Shown piece after piece: positions 49,217 through 63,748 of a stretch of 64,000 nt of DNA. Position numbers and translations under genes: made by a program. Positions within the stretch are counted from its first letter, which is position 1. Every line of letters starts with the position of its first letter. Location of the stretch: contig JAQFVV010000004.1 of the NCBI GenBank assembly GCA_028023455.1, positions 25,730,001 to 25,794,000 of the forward strand. Direction: 5' to 3'. This DNA comes from Epiperipatus broadwayi (Eukaryota > Animalia > Onychophora). The notes beneath the pieces are model-generated. The model did not search any database. It was not told the DNA's origin and saw only the letters and a program-made list of their open reading frames with translations.

Positions 49217-51125
49217 TGTAACCCTCCAATCTATACTTCCCCATACAAATTATGTACTCAAATTAAAATGTTAAGACAAAGATATTATTTTCTAACTATT
49301 GAATTGGTTAGCATGAAACCACAAATCTAAAGAAGATTACAAAGTGATCATGAAGATAATAACTTCTGGTCAAACTAGCCTTAAAATCTCCAAACAAAAT
49401 ATTATGAGATAAATTTACTATTTGTCAAACCGATAAATAATTAATCCGGTCTATGAAATGAATATGAGATTGGAATTATAAATTAAGAAGTAAATAAATT
49501 AGGATGTAGATAATTAAATGGATGATGAAAATAAATAAGACTTAAATAATAAAATAAAATGAGCTTAAGAGCGAAGAGAAAAGAAAGATGTGTTACAATA
49601 CTGAAGGATTAAGATAATGATAGACTAAGAGCTAATGACTGATTAAGATGGTAATAGGATAAGACCCAGTGAAGAGTGAATTAATTATGCTAATGAATTA
49701 AGATGAAATAAGATCATTAAAAAACACTCAGTGATGGCTACTAATTAAAAATGTAAAAACAAAATGTGCGATGGCTGCTAATTAAAGGATCTCCAACAAC
49801 ATGTAATTAAAAGTTTATCTAGAGGAATGTGATTAAAAACAAGGAAGGAATTTCAACAACAGACATTGCTGGCAGACATCAAAATGACAACAGGTCTTAT
49901 GAATAAATAGTCCAGTTTTTCATCGGACAAACAGTTGAGATTACAGTTGAGAAAGAGTGAAGTTCAGTTCAGTGAAATCACATCAGATTAAATCAATCAA
50001 TCAGTTGACAAGGCAGTGTTAGAAACCTCAGAAACATACGACTCTCTAGCCTGAGTCCAGTAAAACAGCAAATCAGCTCAGAAAAATATAATGTTTGCCT
50101 AACAACTTGAAGAATTGCCAGGAATATTTAGCTGTCTCCAAGAATAGTGCCACTGAATAATAAACCTCTTCAAGAAAATGTTGAATCCAGCTGGCTGGAT
50201 ATATTCTCAATTGAAGCAGCAACCAGGAAGAAAACAAAATCTTATTCAAGTTCACAGCAAACAGCAAATAGAAGTCCACGTTCTAAAACCCTAGGTAATA
50301 ACATTTTTCTTATTATCATTTCTAAAGTAGCTATCACATTAGTTTGAAGCCTCCCAGAGTCAACTAATAATGAACTTTATAGCATGCATAAATGAACAAT
50401 TGATATGCGTGTTCTAAACATCGCGAATGTGAAAACTCTTTGTTAGATTATATTGATTTCATTGTATTTTAAATGTCAAATATTATTTAATTCTTTGCTA
50501 TATTATATTGCTATTATATATGTGTGAGCCTGAAGTTATGATAAGTCCTTGTTCATATAAATAAGTTTCATATATGTAATTATCATTGTCTAAATTAACA
50601 AGTTCGCATAAGTAATTTAAAAGTAGAATAATAAATGTTTAGTAAAATAAATTGTTTTTAAACTTAAAGCATAATTTGTCGGTCAATTTTTTTACCACTA
50701 ATTAAAGCAATAATTTGTTATTATATTACTTTAGATTGAGCTAGTCTTGGGATATTTCAAACGCTGGATTATGGGCCTACATTAGTTCTAGTAACTAGCT
50801 GGCACCTGGGGTTTACTCTGAAACAAATAAAGTGCTTGGATAGTAGGGGTTTGAATCTAGCAGTCAAGGTGGGCCACAGTCTTCTGGAAGTGTGATCATG
50901 TTATGCATTGCATAGCTCGGTCTGATCGTGGGTATTGTTGATAGTTCTGCTATCGATGATATTCTCTCCTCTGTTCGAAGGGCCGGTCAGTTCACGTAAG
51001 TTATTATATAAAATATAAAATCATAATAAATAAGGTTTAAACTCAGTAAAACCTAGCAAATAGAGAACACTGGATCTTCTACGGTTTGGACCCGGCACAA
51101 TATAAATTGCCTATCTCAATTTACA
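49217..51125 (+). mobile_element. Probable solo LTR-like element (about 1.9 kb) inserted at a (TA)n tract
   Basis: It starts TGTAAC right after (AT)n and has a candidate end TTACA at 51121-51125. The interior is more CpG-rich and non-coding. No clean TSD was found, so the 3' end is uncertain. Confidence 0.4.
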
Positions 51126-54100
51126 ATTTATATTTTTAAAAAAGTAGTTGGCAATCCTAAATTTGATTCATATTTCATGAACTGGACTTAAAATTTATTA
51201 AATTTACATTTCTATTATTAGGCAGGTACGTGCATTAATAAAGGTATATATATATGTTCTTAAAATAAAAGAGTTAATTTTATATTTAGTTTTAAAAGAT
51301 AAAAAAACTAATTTCTTTCAATTAAATAAATTTGTCTTAAATAGTTATGTTATAGAAACAAGGTTTAATTAAATGTAACTAAAGGATAGATTAATAATAA
51401 AAAAAAAATTGTCTCATTGTTAAGGGAAATTCTTTAAAAACTAATTTCTTTTATTAAGCTTTGATCACGTTTTGTAAATGGTTTAAAATTTTAATTCAAA
51501 ATATTTTTTAAGAATTAAGATAGCTAGTTGTTTATGTTGTTTACTTAGCTAAGGAATTTTGTAAATGTTGGTGATTAAAATAACTACTGGTTTGGTTAAT
51601 TATATCAGAAAAATATGTTTGACAAAATTGATAACTATGTAAAGAGGCAGAAGAAAATAATATTGCTTTTGTCTGAGATTACTGTCTGCTTATCTATCGC
51701 TATACATTCTAAAAATTAACTCTAAACGGTTCAAGTCATGAGCATGTGTTACTAAGAAATCACTAAAGAACTTTATTCCAGGGAAGGAACCTATAACCAG
51801 AATGTCTAATACCAACTGCTTAATTAATTCCAACATTATGCTGAACATTTTCACTTGTATTAGGTCACAGCTGAAACAGATATGCTTCTCAACAGTGAAA
51901 GTAAACAAATTTTAAGACAGACTCTACCAGAAAACATGATGATGAAATATTTTGAAAAGTATTTGTAGTATATCTCACTAGTGACTTACAAAAAGAGATC
52001 CTCTCCATTTTTCAGAAGTCAAAACATACATATAAAAATGTGATCTTATCTTTATACTGAAATCATCTCTTGTAACTTGGATTTAATAACTAGTTTAATA
52101 ATTTTATAATAGTAGCAATTTAACAAACTTTAAAAAACTCTACTTACCATAAGATAGTAATACCTATATAAGGATGTCAATTTATAATTTATCTGATTGT
52201 GTGTATTTATTGTATTTATCTTTTACTGTTAACTTATTTTCTAATATTTATGCTTTAAAATACATTATTGAGTTTTATAATATTTGATATGCCTTTGAAT
52301 ATTTAAATGTGTAGATGAAACTTAAAATTTTCATTATCTTTGATAAATTTCTTTTATAAATATAGTTGTGTATAATTATTTACCCCTTTGAATCTTACAT
52401 CACAAATCTTTCTCTTAAAGAATTTTAAAATAAGAAAGGTTTAATTTAGTTTTCTTAAAAAAATTGAGATTTAGTTAGCAAAACTATATTTAAATAATGT
52501 ATTAATAAATGAATAGAATCAAGTGATATGAGACCCAAAGCTGATGTGTGCATATAAAAAATATTTAGAGGGTTAATTTTGTTTTGCTGAGAACTTTTAG
52601 GGAGGTTGCAATTTATGTTTTTTTGTTTTTTTGTTTCTTTCACACACACGTCTGAAATAAGGGTTAGCATATTTGTGTGTGCATTTTATATAGCGATCCT
52701 GTAGATATTTATCCACCATTTTTTAATTCTGTATATGTTATTTACTTTCTGATACATATTATTCCTGCTTGAGGGATTTACAGATCACTTTCATTCTGCT
52801 CTGAGTTTAGCTCCATTGTTATGAGGTTTATTATGTTGTTTTACTTTTAAAGCTGGCATAGGATCAAATGCATATTATAGAAAACGAATTTTGTAAATGC
52901 CTTTATGTTATAAATATTGAATTCTAATTTAGACTAATTTTATTATTGCCTAGATAATAGTCTTTTGAGATATTATTACTGTAAGGGTTTATGAGTGTTA
53001 ATGTTTAAATGCTATCTGATGTCAAATGAATTAGGCCAAATTAACAGAGTCATTTAACTGTGTTATACTAAATCGTTAATAAAATTGTTTTGTTTGTTAT
53101 TAGATCAATGTTAGTGTTTGTCTACTGTTGTTTGCTTTTATCAATTGATGCTTCTAAAGAATCCGTTTTCTGCAATATAGAGGCAATTAAAAGTGTCTGT
53201 TAGTGATGGTATATGGCTGTATAAGTGTTTATTGTAGACTATAAATCTAGTGAAGCTCTCTGGTGTTGGATACTGATCAGCCTATAGCAGGTGGTTATCA
53301 ATTACAATATACATATATATTTAATAATTTTCATACCCCTCTAAATTGACGTGGCTATTAAATATGGTAACACAAAATATCTAATAATATTTATGAAGAA
53401 ATAAGCTCCATAAGTGTATACTATAATAATTCATAACTCAGACTAAAAAACTTGTAAATAATACCATCTCTCATATCAATGCTAATCTAATAGTCAGATT
53501 TAAAATGTATCACTTTTATTTACCTACCATGTTTGTGAATATCAAATCAACCATTGATGCACATAAGAGATTAATTATTTATTTCATATCCATACAAACA
53601 GCATAATAATTGGATAAATGTGACCCATTTTTATCTGACTGGTAAATTAGTATTACATGATCACCATTTTTTATGTTTACACAAGCTCTATGAAGAATTT
53701 TGCCTCTGTGAAATTAGTATTGATATGAAAGATAACATTTACAAATTTATTAAAATAACTACATTAAGTGTATGCTATGCATTGGAACAGGACTCATCCA
53801 TGTCAAAGTGGTGGTTTATATATTTTTTATAAAAATATATAAAGTAAAAAAAAATGCATCCAAGAGAAACTAAGACTTATGCATACATATATATTAAATG
53901 TCCAATCATTTTGACTCTTCATAATAAAAAACTAACAACTGGTTGATTAAAATTAATAATTATTAATTTTTTACTTGTTTAACATTACGATTTAGCAACT
54001 TTTGGACAGTAACAACATAAATCATCTTAAAATGTGTACTTACAAAATGTTGGGGGATATAAGCATAAACATAATATTAGATTAATTATTTATAATTGAT

Positions 54101-54339
54101 AAATATTTTTTTAAAAAACACAAAATAAAGTAATAATCTCTTCTAATAATGAGATATTACTTTATTTATCTGTTGATTTTACAAGATTCTTAAAAATAAA
54201 TTATTGCAAGAAATGTTTCATTTTTTTGTAAACAAATATTTTTCATTTTTCTAGAATATAGTAAGTAATCAATTTTCAATAATTGCATATCTAATTAGCT
54301 GAAAAATGAAAATCTCTTATTGCACTGCCAAATCCATAT

Positions 54340-54540
54340 AATATTAATATCATCTATATTCTTTACTACTTTTTACAAAGCGTTTTTCAACCCACTATTG
54401 ACAGTTTTGATATGTTCATGTATATGTATTATATTTGTTATAATTTTGAAGAAAAATTGCTGGAGCAATGAAAACTGTCAATAGTGGGTTGTAAAAAAGC
54501 ATTGTAAAAATTAATAAAGAATATAGATGATATTAATATT
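54340..54540. mobile_element. Foldback pLTR-like remnant with a degenerate minimal HHR
   Basis: Inverted arms of about 70 bp (54340-54408 and 54472-54540). The plus strand at 54443-54482 reads ATT-TTGAAGA-AAA-ATTGC-TGGA-GCAAT-GAAAAC-T-GTC^AAT. Confidence 0.6.
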
Positions 54541-55729
54541 ATTTACAGATTTATATTTTAAATATAAAGAAGTCTTTAATAGATTATAAAATATGATAAA
54601 AATAAATTCAAAAAAATAATCAAGATACCTTAGTAATGTGAATGGCATCAAGCTCCCAAAAAGCTTAAAATATATAAAATTTTGAAGTAATATTTTTGAA
54701 TAAAGCTTTATTCTATAAACCTGCTAAATTGAATTATTTTATTAATAGGTCTGTAAAATAATTAGCATCCTATGCTAAATAAAATAGAATACTAAAAATT
54801 CAACTTGTTTATAGGAATAAAATCCATTATTGTTATTAATATCACTTGTGCTATAAGTATTCATCCAAAACCACGAGAAAGGTCATTACATATATGAGAA
54901 AATGGGTCAATAATATAAGTGTACAATTTAATTAATGAACTTTATTATAATTTTATAAAGGAAAGAAAAACTGGAAAGATACACATAATATATAATAAAT
55001 TCATCTAAAATTAATGAAAATGTGCCAATATCTCATATTAAAAAAAAACACTAAAAATATTGAGAATAATAAAAACCTAAAATAACCTTTTCAATTGGAT
55101 ATTCAAGTAATATTTTAATCCAAATATAGAAATTAAGGTATGAAAATGAACTTGGTAACTGACTGCATTAAAATTCTTAAATTCAATTAAAATTACTGAT
55201 TATTTAAAAAATATTATCAAAAATATTTAAAACAAATTCATAATCTTTTACAGTATTTTATATCATTTAAGTATAAACTAATTTTATAATTAGATTTGTT
55301 CATATTAATAATAATTGATAAAGATGATGAAAAAATGTACAAGAGAAAATATTAGTGATATTCATATTTTATATTTTTCTTATAAAAAGAGGGGGGATTA
55401 TATATTCAAGAATTAGATATTAGATATGAGGATTAAATACTAATTAAAATAATATTTCTTTACATCACTAACCCATATATATGTACATGATGAATTTTTT
55501 ATTTAATTTGTCTATTACTTTCAAAAGTAACCTTTATTTGTAAAAAGATTACAAAAATTTTTGGGTACATTTACCCATTGAGAATTACAAAGTGTTCAAT
55601 GTAACAAACAAGGTAAAACAATTACTGATTATATAAAGTATATATGCTTGATAACGATTATAACTATAAAAGGGTTGCTATAATGTTGATTAATGTGTAT
55701 CTGAACATGAGTATCTACACATGGATCTA

Positions 55730-56580
55730 CCTGGCCCAGCCACTGAGAAGCTATCCATCACCCAATGATCCCACCCCTGGTTCCCTGAAGAAAAGACCCA
55801 AATGCTTCAGCTGAATAGGTGAACAAGTCCAGCATTGTGCCAACCACCACAAGAGGCAGCAAGGTCCAAGGCTCAAGTCCATTAAACAAATTCTTGACCC
55901 ACAGCTGAGCCATGTCAAAACCATTCTAGATACCTCTGTCTCCCAATTAACAGTCCAAATATGCAGGGACCACCTTCGGTCTATCTGCCCAGAATTGGAA
56001 AGCCAACTAAGAAAAACTAACATGTAGCGAGAACAGATCTGCATTGCCCAAAATCAACCTATCAAGGGGGCACAGCGGCCAACCAGAGCAGAAATGGTAC
56101 CAAGACTTTGACCAGATACCCTCCTGGCAGGTTTTCCAGATAGTGGCAATAATTGTCAACAGTCTGCACTAATAAACCAGCCTCCTAATGACCGCCACCA
56201 CCCCTGAGGAAGAAAAGGAGTGCAGACCCATGCCCACAAAATTATTGCAGCAAAGACTCCATCAAAGTTACAAAAATTGATGGTGGCCCAAATCAGACCA
56301 CCCGCCTTACAAATGCTCTAATTTTAAAGTTAACTAAGGAAAAAAAATAATTAACTCAAATCAACCCTGCCCTAATAAACAATCCATTAAGAGGGTGCAG
56401 CAGCCTCTCAAGGCAAAGTTCAATGGATAGCAGTGACTTTTACACACCCAGCAGATATCCCTGGGCTTGGCAATGATTTCTGACCACCCTCACAAATATA
56501 TCAAGCCCCTCATGACTAGCACTACCACACCTGAAGAAAAGAATAGGAGTGCAGATCTATACCCACCAATGCAACAGTTG
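55730..56580. mobile_element. GC-richer decayed mobile-element-like fragment, family unidentified
   Basis: An abrupt compositional shift with broken reading frames and a diverged direct repeat of about 60 bp (56181-56237 vs 56506-56566). No diagnostic motif could be fixed. Confidence 0.3.
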
Positions 56581-59500
56581 TATTCATTGTAGTCTGGTAT
56601 CAAGCCAGATTTACTTGCACACCATGAATACATACCATTTGTTCATATCACCTTGCATACTGAGGTCAATAGAGTTGAAAGTCTGTTTGTAATCATTATC
56701 AACCTCCTGTGTCTGCAAATGTTCACAATACCTGTTGAATCCACCCAACTATATGGTTCTTATTTGTTGATACTAATTGGTTCTGCTTCTTTGGATTAAA
56801 TTCTAGGTCTTGATTAGAAATCAAGGATTTGGTTGTATAATATGAAAGTTTGTTTTTGAAATAATTAAAAGAGGATGAATCATTTGTAGCTTCAATGTCT
56901 ATTTAGGTCTAAAACATCATTTGTACTAATTTTGCTGAGGAATCATTTCGCTGTAATTCTGTGTTGATTTGAAATTTTATTTTTTGTGGTGCCCCAATCA
57001 CACCAGAAATGGGCTAATAACTTCTGTTGTGATCATCAAAGAAACTTGATTTTTGTGCAGGAAGATAGCGTAAGTCATAATCTATAATGTTCAATTCTAA
57101 AATTGAGATCAAATTAAAATTCAAAATAATTTATTCGACCTGTTCAACACAACGATATCATAACTTTATTCCTATGAATAATTTAACACTAGGATTTCTT
57201 TCTTTCTTAGTTTTATGATTAATTTTTGTATTTATAATATTCCTTAGGCTGTTTTCTGTCTTCCCTGACTGGTGTTTTCTTTTTTTATTCTATCAATAAA
57301 ATTAGGATTTCTAGTGATTCTATTCTTTTTAGAATTATTTGGTTTCATTTAAAACTATTTTTCAAAGATTTATGTTACTCTAATGATTCTAAGAATTACT
57401 TAACGTAGCGTTTGCCTATTTCTAATGACAGCTGTTTGCATAAAATGGAACGATAGGTAATTTCAATTATTCTTGAATGAAAACTGCTTTAAAATTTCTT
57501 GTAAAGATGAAAAAGCAATAAAACAAGTATTCACTTACATCTTAATAAACTTTTCTTCTATGAATTCAAAACTAGACTATAACTTTAGTAAATAAAACTG
57601 GGAGCCTGTAACAGAGTGAACTGGAGTCCCAGGCTCCCTCTAGTGGACTCTTAAATATAAGAAATAAACTAATTCCTCCCACATCATTATCAGTATTGTT
57701 TGAATAGGGTTTGTTATTTACCATATGAATAACATTATGTAATATCCATAACATAAAATTATTTTCATTATTATTATTATTATTATTTGTTGTTATGTAA
57801 AATAATTATTTGATTGCCCATTAAAAAAATGTTTTGATAAGAGATTTGAGTGTGGATTCTTGTTTAATGTGTGTTTGTAATATAAGAGTGCTTGTTTGAA
57901 TTCTCATAGTTCAAATAATAAAATCCATATTTAGGTTTAGTTTCAAACTGTATTTTATCCATACAATTAGCTTATATTGCTTAGGGATTAGTGAATCAAA
58001 GTATGACCATTTATATAATTTTACTTTCCCATACCTGAGAAAAAGTAATATAATGATCATTGTTTTTATATAATAATATTAAATATTTTGAAAGTGGAAG
58101 TTAACATCATCTCACTACTATGCTATATATTTAAACAATCATACCTCTAAATATATTTCAATTTATAAATTATGGAAGAAAAGTATTAATAATCAAGTGT
58201 GGATATCTTCCTTTTTTTAAGGAGAATATGTATAATTTGATCTTGGAATAATCTTTTTTTAATGATAAACTTCATAAGGGAATACTATCTACCCTCCCCA
58301 TATTTAAATGCATTTATCACATTCCACACTTGTTAATGCACTTCTATTATTCGTTAGTCCTGGGCAACATATAAAATTAATTTGCTAATATAAATATATT
58401 TGTGTTTACTCAATTATAAAGTAAAATTGATCTCATGGATAAAATCATCTATCATGATGTTTACATTAAGAGGATCAATTGTTAGTATGTTTTATTATCT
58501 AATATCATGCAAAAACTGTGAGAATAGATCCATAATTTGCATGACTGGAGATATCTCTTTCTGCTATTGTGCCATAACATTTATTTACCTTATGCTGACA
58601 AATAAAAGTCACTTTATCCGCATTGTAAATGATGTATGATTCAAGCAGTTTCTATTAAAATATATATATTATAATTTAATAAAATTTAAAATTGACTTCC
58701 ATTTATTAAAGAGACCTCTGTAGTATAATACAATAGTAGAGTAACAGTTTCAAGAACTAGGGGTATTTGATTGAAGTTCAATTCTATCACTTCTGGTGCT
58801 TAAACATCATACCCGAACATTAAAACGTTTAATATTCTACTTATTAATTACAAAAGTATAATTTCATTTTTTGTGAGTATTTATTGGTGCTTTTTATAAT
58901 ATTATCACATTTTTAAAACTCATTTTACGCATTATTATTTTCTCTCAAACATTTATTTTTGATTTCTTTAGTTATTTCGAATGGGAAATGTATGTCACTT
59001 ATTCTTTAATAAAAATATAAATGAGTTGTAGGGAAAGTAAAATTTAAAAATTAAATATTTTAATTGATTTTAAAAACTGTGAAGTTATTGTTTTGTTAAC
59101 TAAAAGGTCTAGAAAATTTAATGATAAAAAAAATACATGACAGTTATCTTGTTAAACAAAACAAATACACAAACAAAAAAATATATCGACATTTAATTTT
59201 AAAAGCACGAATTACTAAAAAAAAAAAAAAGATAAATGAAAAATAAATATAAACGATAATTAAAAAAAACACACACACAAACTAGTTTGATACTTAAAAT
59301 AGTATAAAACTATTTTACAAAAGCTTAATACTTACTATTGTTTTATTATTACTTTAAAGAAGAAAAAAAAGTATTATGCACACACAAAAAATAAATAAAT
59401 GTTCACAATATAAAAAAAAGCAGAGAAGTATACATAAAAAATTTTAATGTTAGAAAATAAATATAGGAAAATATTTTTAAATTATCAAAATAATAGTATA

Positions 59501-62500
59501 AAACAATATTTTTTGACAATAACGATTTTTAAAAAAAAGGTATATAGAAAATGAATGGTATTTGTTTTCTAAGAAATCAAAATCATCAATATAAGTTTGT
59601 TTTTAGTGAATTAAATCTGATATAATTGCATTCTATATATACATAGGTTGCCATCCATCTGAGATAAAATGTCATAAATTCTAAAAATCTTAAAATATTA
59701 CCCATAAATCAGAAGAACAAGGGTTCTGATGCCTTATTCCAGGAAATAAAAATAAATCAAAACAATGGCCAAAAAAATTTTCAAATTAAAGAAATTTGAA
59801 ATACTGAATAATGCTTGAGATTTTTTCCTTTTGACTTTATGCATAAATTAGATTTCATAATCTATTTCCACCATCAAAACAATAATGTATTTCACAAACA
59901 TAATTTGTAACAAAAGAAATTTCAATATATTCCGTCAATCTACTATTGATTTTTATAATATAGATTTGATTTTAAATGAATAACCCATAATTTGCAATAA
60001 AAATATTCAATATGCCACATAATGTCAAATGGATTGAATTATATGATGCCATAATCAACTTATATTCAGGATACAAATTTTCATTATACTAAATTTTAAA
60101 GGAAGGTAGTTTACCCTTACACATGTGTTGTACTATTATGCTAAATCAACATTTTTTTTGACTATGAGGAAACTCTTGATCCAAGACACATGGTAGAGAC
60201 TTTGAAAATATAAGAACAGTTGTCTTACCTTTGTACCCAAATGCAATTATATAGGCCAATCTTAAGTACCTTGGATTGAGAGCATGAAGATTTTATATTA
60301 TTCACTTTACTTCCATTTTCTTTATTACATATTAATACTCACAAAATTTTAACATTTATTGCAGGTTAATATTAAGAGATGATAGAATTAATGTAACGGA
60401 TAGTGCATGTATAAGAGTTGATTAGTTTCTGTTTAAAATTAGTTTGAAACTGCACTAGTAAATATCTTAGTCAATTACATTGTTTTATTTAATAAAAAAA
60501 TATTTCTAACTAATTTCATTTCACAAACTATGTAAAAAGAAATTGGAGATTTATATTTTACCAATCTGTAATATAAATTTAGCTTTACTTATATGAAAAT
60601 ATTCATTGTGCATCATCTAGCCTAGTAAACAATGTGTTTGGAGGTATTCCATTATGGAAAATATTTGAATAGATAATTGTAATGGACTAGAAATTGATGT
60701 AGAAACAAAGACTGAGATTAAATGTAAAATAAACATTATCCATAAAACTTGCTCAAAATTTTATGATTATTTATATTGATTAAGCTTTCTCCTATTGTAT
60801 ATTACAAACTCAAATAAGAAAAATATAATTAAATTTATATAAGAATTGTGTTACATTTACATAAAAACTTTATTATTAATTCATCTTAATTTTTTAACTA
60901 TTACCAAAATATTATTACAAATTATATATATTATGTATAAATTCAGATAAGGAAAGCTTCAATGTAATATACAAAAATAAGACACTAAAAATAGTGAACC
61001 CAAATATTTATATATGACAGGCATTTTTATGTGTAATTTTTATTATGGTATAATGTTTCCAAGTATCAGTTAAAAATAATCTTTACAAATTGAAATAATA
61101 TCAATTAACAATAATATTTTATATACTAAAATATATTTAAAAATCTAGATAAAATATTATCTATAATAAAAATAATTGAAAATACATACTAATTGTTAAC
61201 TGTTGCAGGATTACTAAATTTTAATGAATGTTTTTAAAGAAATGAACTGATTATTATAATAAATAAATGTTCACAAAGTTTATAATACAAATCTTTCTCT
61301 CATATACAGAATTCTGTAATTTTCAAAAGTTTTTAAAAATAATAACATGCTGGAATTGAATAAAAAATAATATTATAAATTTTATGAATTATTGTTTATT
61401 AAAATAATTTTACAATATTATATATATTGGAAATAAAATCATGTTTGCATTATATTGTGTATTATATTTTTATCTTAATTTCCAACATTTAAATTAAATA
61501 ACATTCATCCTTATCAGGGTTAAAATTTCAATGAAGAACTCTTAAGTCTTAAGCAATGACAAAATTGAGCATAATCAAAGAATGATCATTCATATGTATC
61601 AAACAACTGTCCATTCAGAATAGATAGACTAATAAAAAATTTCTCATTTTATTCTGTTTTACAATTTGTGATTTACTAAAATTGATTTTAAAAGAAAGAG
61701 ATAAAATAATTGGTTTTTACAAGACGGGAATATACTGTATTTCATCATATTTGTTTAAACTGAAGGAAATAAAAAAAAATTTTTGTTAGTCTGAATGGAC
61801 AACCATCTGATATACATGTTAATGATCATACTTTGATTCATAAAACCTCATTATTTCTTAATATGTAACAGTTTTTTTATTGAAATCTTAGCCTTGAAAA
61901 GGATGAATGTTATTTTGTTGAAGTATTAATACACAGTGTAATCCAAACAAGATTTTACTTTCATCATGTAATTGTGAAAATATTTAATATATATATATAG
62001 TAAAGCCTCAACAAAAATTTACTATGAAATATTCATACAAGCATACATCTACACATTCATATATATATATATACATAAAAGATTTTTAACAGTATTCCAT
62101 CCACATTTTGCTTTATTGCTAAAAGTAGCTAGACAAAAATTTAATAATTTATATTGCATATTTAGTTGGATTGGAAAATATTTATATATTTAAATAAATG
62201 GTTCTGATTATTCATATCTCAGGATTTGCAATTTTACTTTATTTCATAATTATAAATGTTCAAATAAAAAAATTATTTCTCTCCAATCCTCATTCAATTT
62301 AATCTTAGCACAGTCTAAAAATAAAATCCTTTTAATACTTTTTTAATGGTTTTAATTAATTCTTTAAGACCTAAATGATGTAGTGATTAGATTTTCAAAG
62401 TTATTTTAATAAAATTTTATTATCTTTATAAAGTTCATTTAAAAGTAAAATTGTTTCATTTTTTTCTTCTCTATAACTTTTAATTGTTGATTTAAAAAAA

Positions 62501-62676
62501 TTCTATAAATTATATTTTATTTAGACATTTAAAAAAATATTTCTGAAAGTCAAACAATGAGTTAATTTGTCACAAAATTTGCTAATCCCTATTTTGATTT
62601 GCATAATATCATTTTCAATCATTATCAATAAGCTTCAAAAAGGAAAAGATCTAAGTGTAATCCAATATCTCTTATT

Positions 62677-63748
62677 AGTACTAATTTAGGATGTGATCTC
62701 TCTATTTTGGTTCCTAAGAGCAGTTCCAAAACCACTCTTGACATATCAAGTGATAAACAAAGGTATAATCAAATGTTCCACTTAATTCTTCCAATGCCAT
62801 TAAAAAATCATAATTTCTATCAAAAATTAATAATATGCAAAATTTATAGAACTCAGGGTAATCAAAAAAAAAATCAATTATTTTTAGAAATCAAAATATC
62901 AAGCATATTAGGAATTAACCAAAAGAAAAAAAAATAGCAAAAAGAAAACAAAACTTGCCATCATACTCATATGATTAAAAAATCAAATTACTATAGAAAT
63001 TAAATATATATATATAGAAATTATTAGTAAAAATACACAAAATGTTAGCATAATTACATGATCAAAAAGAAAATTAGCAAAAGCTTTTGATTTTTGTTAT
63101 TTTTTTTGTTTTGATCACTTAATTACATTAATATTTTTGTAGTCATTTACTAATAATAGTTGCTAAACATTGATTTTTTTTCATACTTGATTACTATAAT
63201 ACTTTGATCTTTTGGTCATGTGAGAGACTTTTTTCTATTGATATATTTGTTAAATATTGTTTTTGAAGTTTTGATTTTTGCTAATTTTTCTATTACTAAT
63301 ATGCTTGATATTTTGATTTCTAGAGGTATTTTTTTTTTTGTTTTGATCATATAATTATGCTAACATTTATGTAGTCATTTACTAATAATAGTTGCTAAAT
63401 TTTGTTTTTTCGTATTTGATTGCTGAAGTAATTTTACCTTTTGGTCATGTGATTATGCCAGTGTTGTTGTTTTTTTGCTAGTTTTTTTTTTTTATTATTT
63501 TCTAATTCATAACATACTTGGTATTTTGATTTTAGACTATTTTGTTGTACTCAGTTCTATAAAATTTGTGTATTTATTTTTTAATTTTTGATGGAAATTG
63601 TGATTTTTTAATTGCATTAAACAAAATAACTGGAACATTTCAAGCTTTACAGTGTTATGTGTCATCTTTAATTCTTGATTGTATGAGCAGTTGTTTGGGG
63701 CTTCCCTTAAAAACCAAAATGGCATAGAACACATTCTAAACTAGTACT
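62677..63748. mobile_element. Foldback/MITE-like element with long diverged TIRs and internal tandem repeats
   Basis: agtactaatttaggatgtg...ctattttggtt at 62677 matches the reverse complement of aaccaaaatggcatagaacacattctaaactagtact ending at 63748. The opposite-strand spurious ORFs share LKNHNF.QKL. There is an internal direct repeat at about 63100-63340 and 63340-63540. Confidence 0.65.

Noticed and set aside
51148-51162. TGGCAATCCTA as a primer-binding site or hAT TIR
   Set aside because: It is not adjacent to the candidate LTR end, no internal gag/pol follows, and no matching upstream TIR was found.
57598-57640. GGGAGCCTG/CAGGCTCCC stem as a structured RNA
   Set aside because: A single 9-bp stem with no other support.
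61770-61830. pogo/Tc1-type transposase fragment (FLLV*MDNH)
   Set aside because: The match is too short, is interrupted by a stop, and has no TIRs or other motifs.
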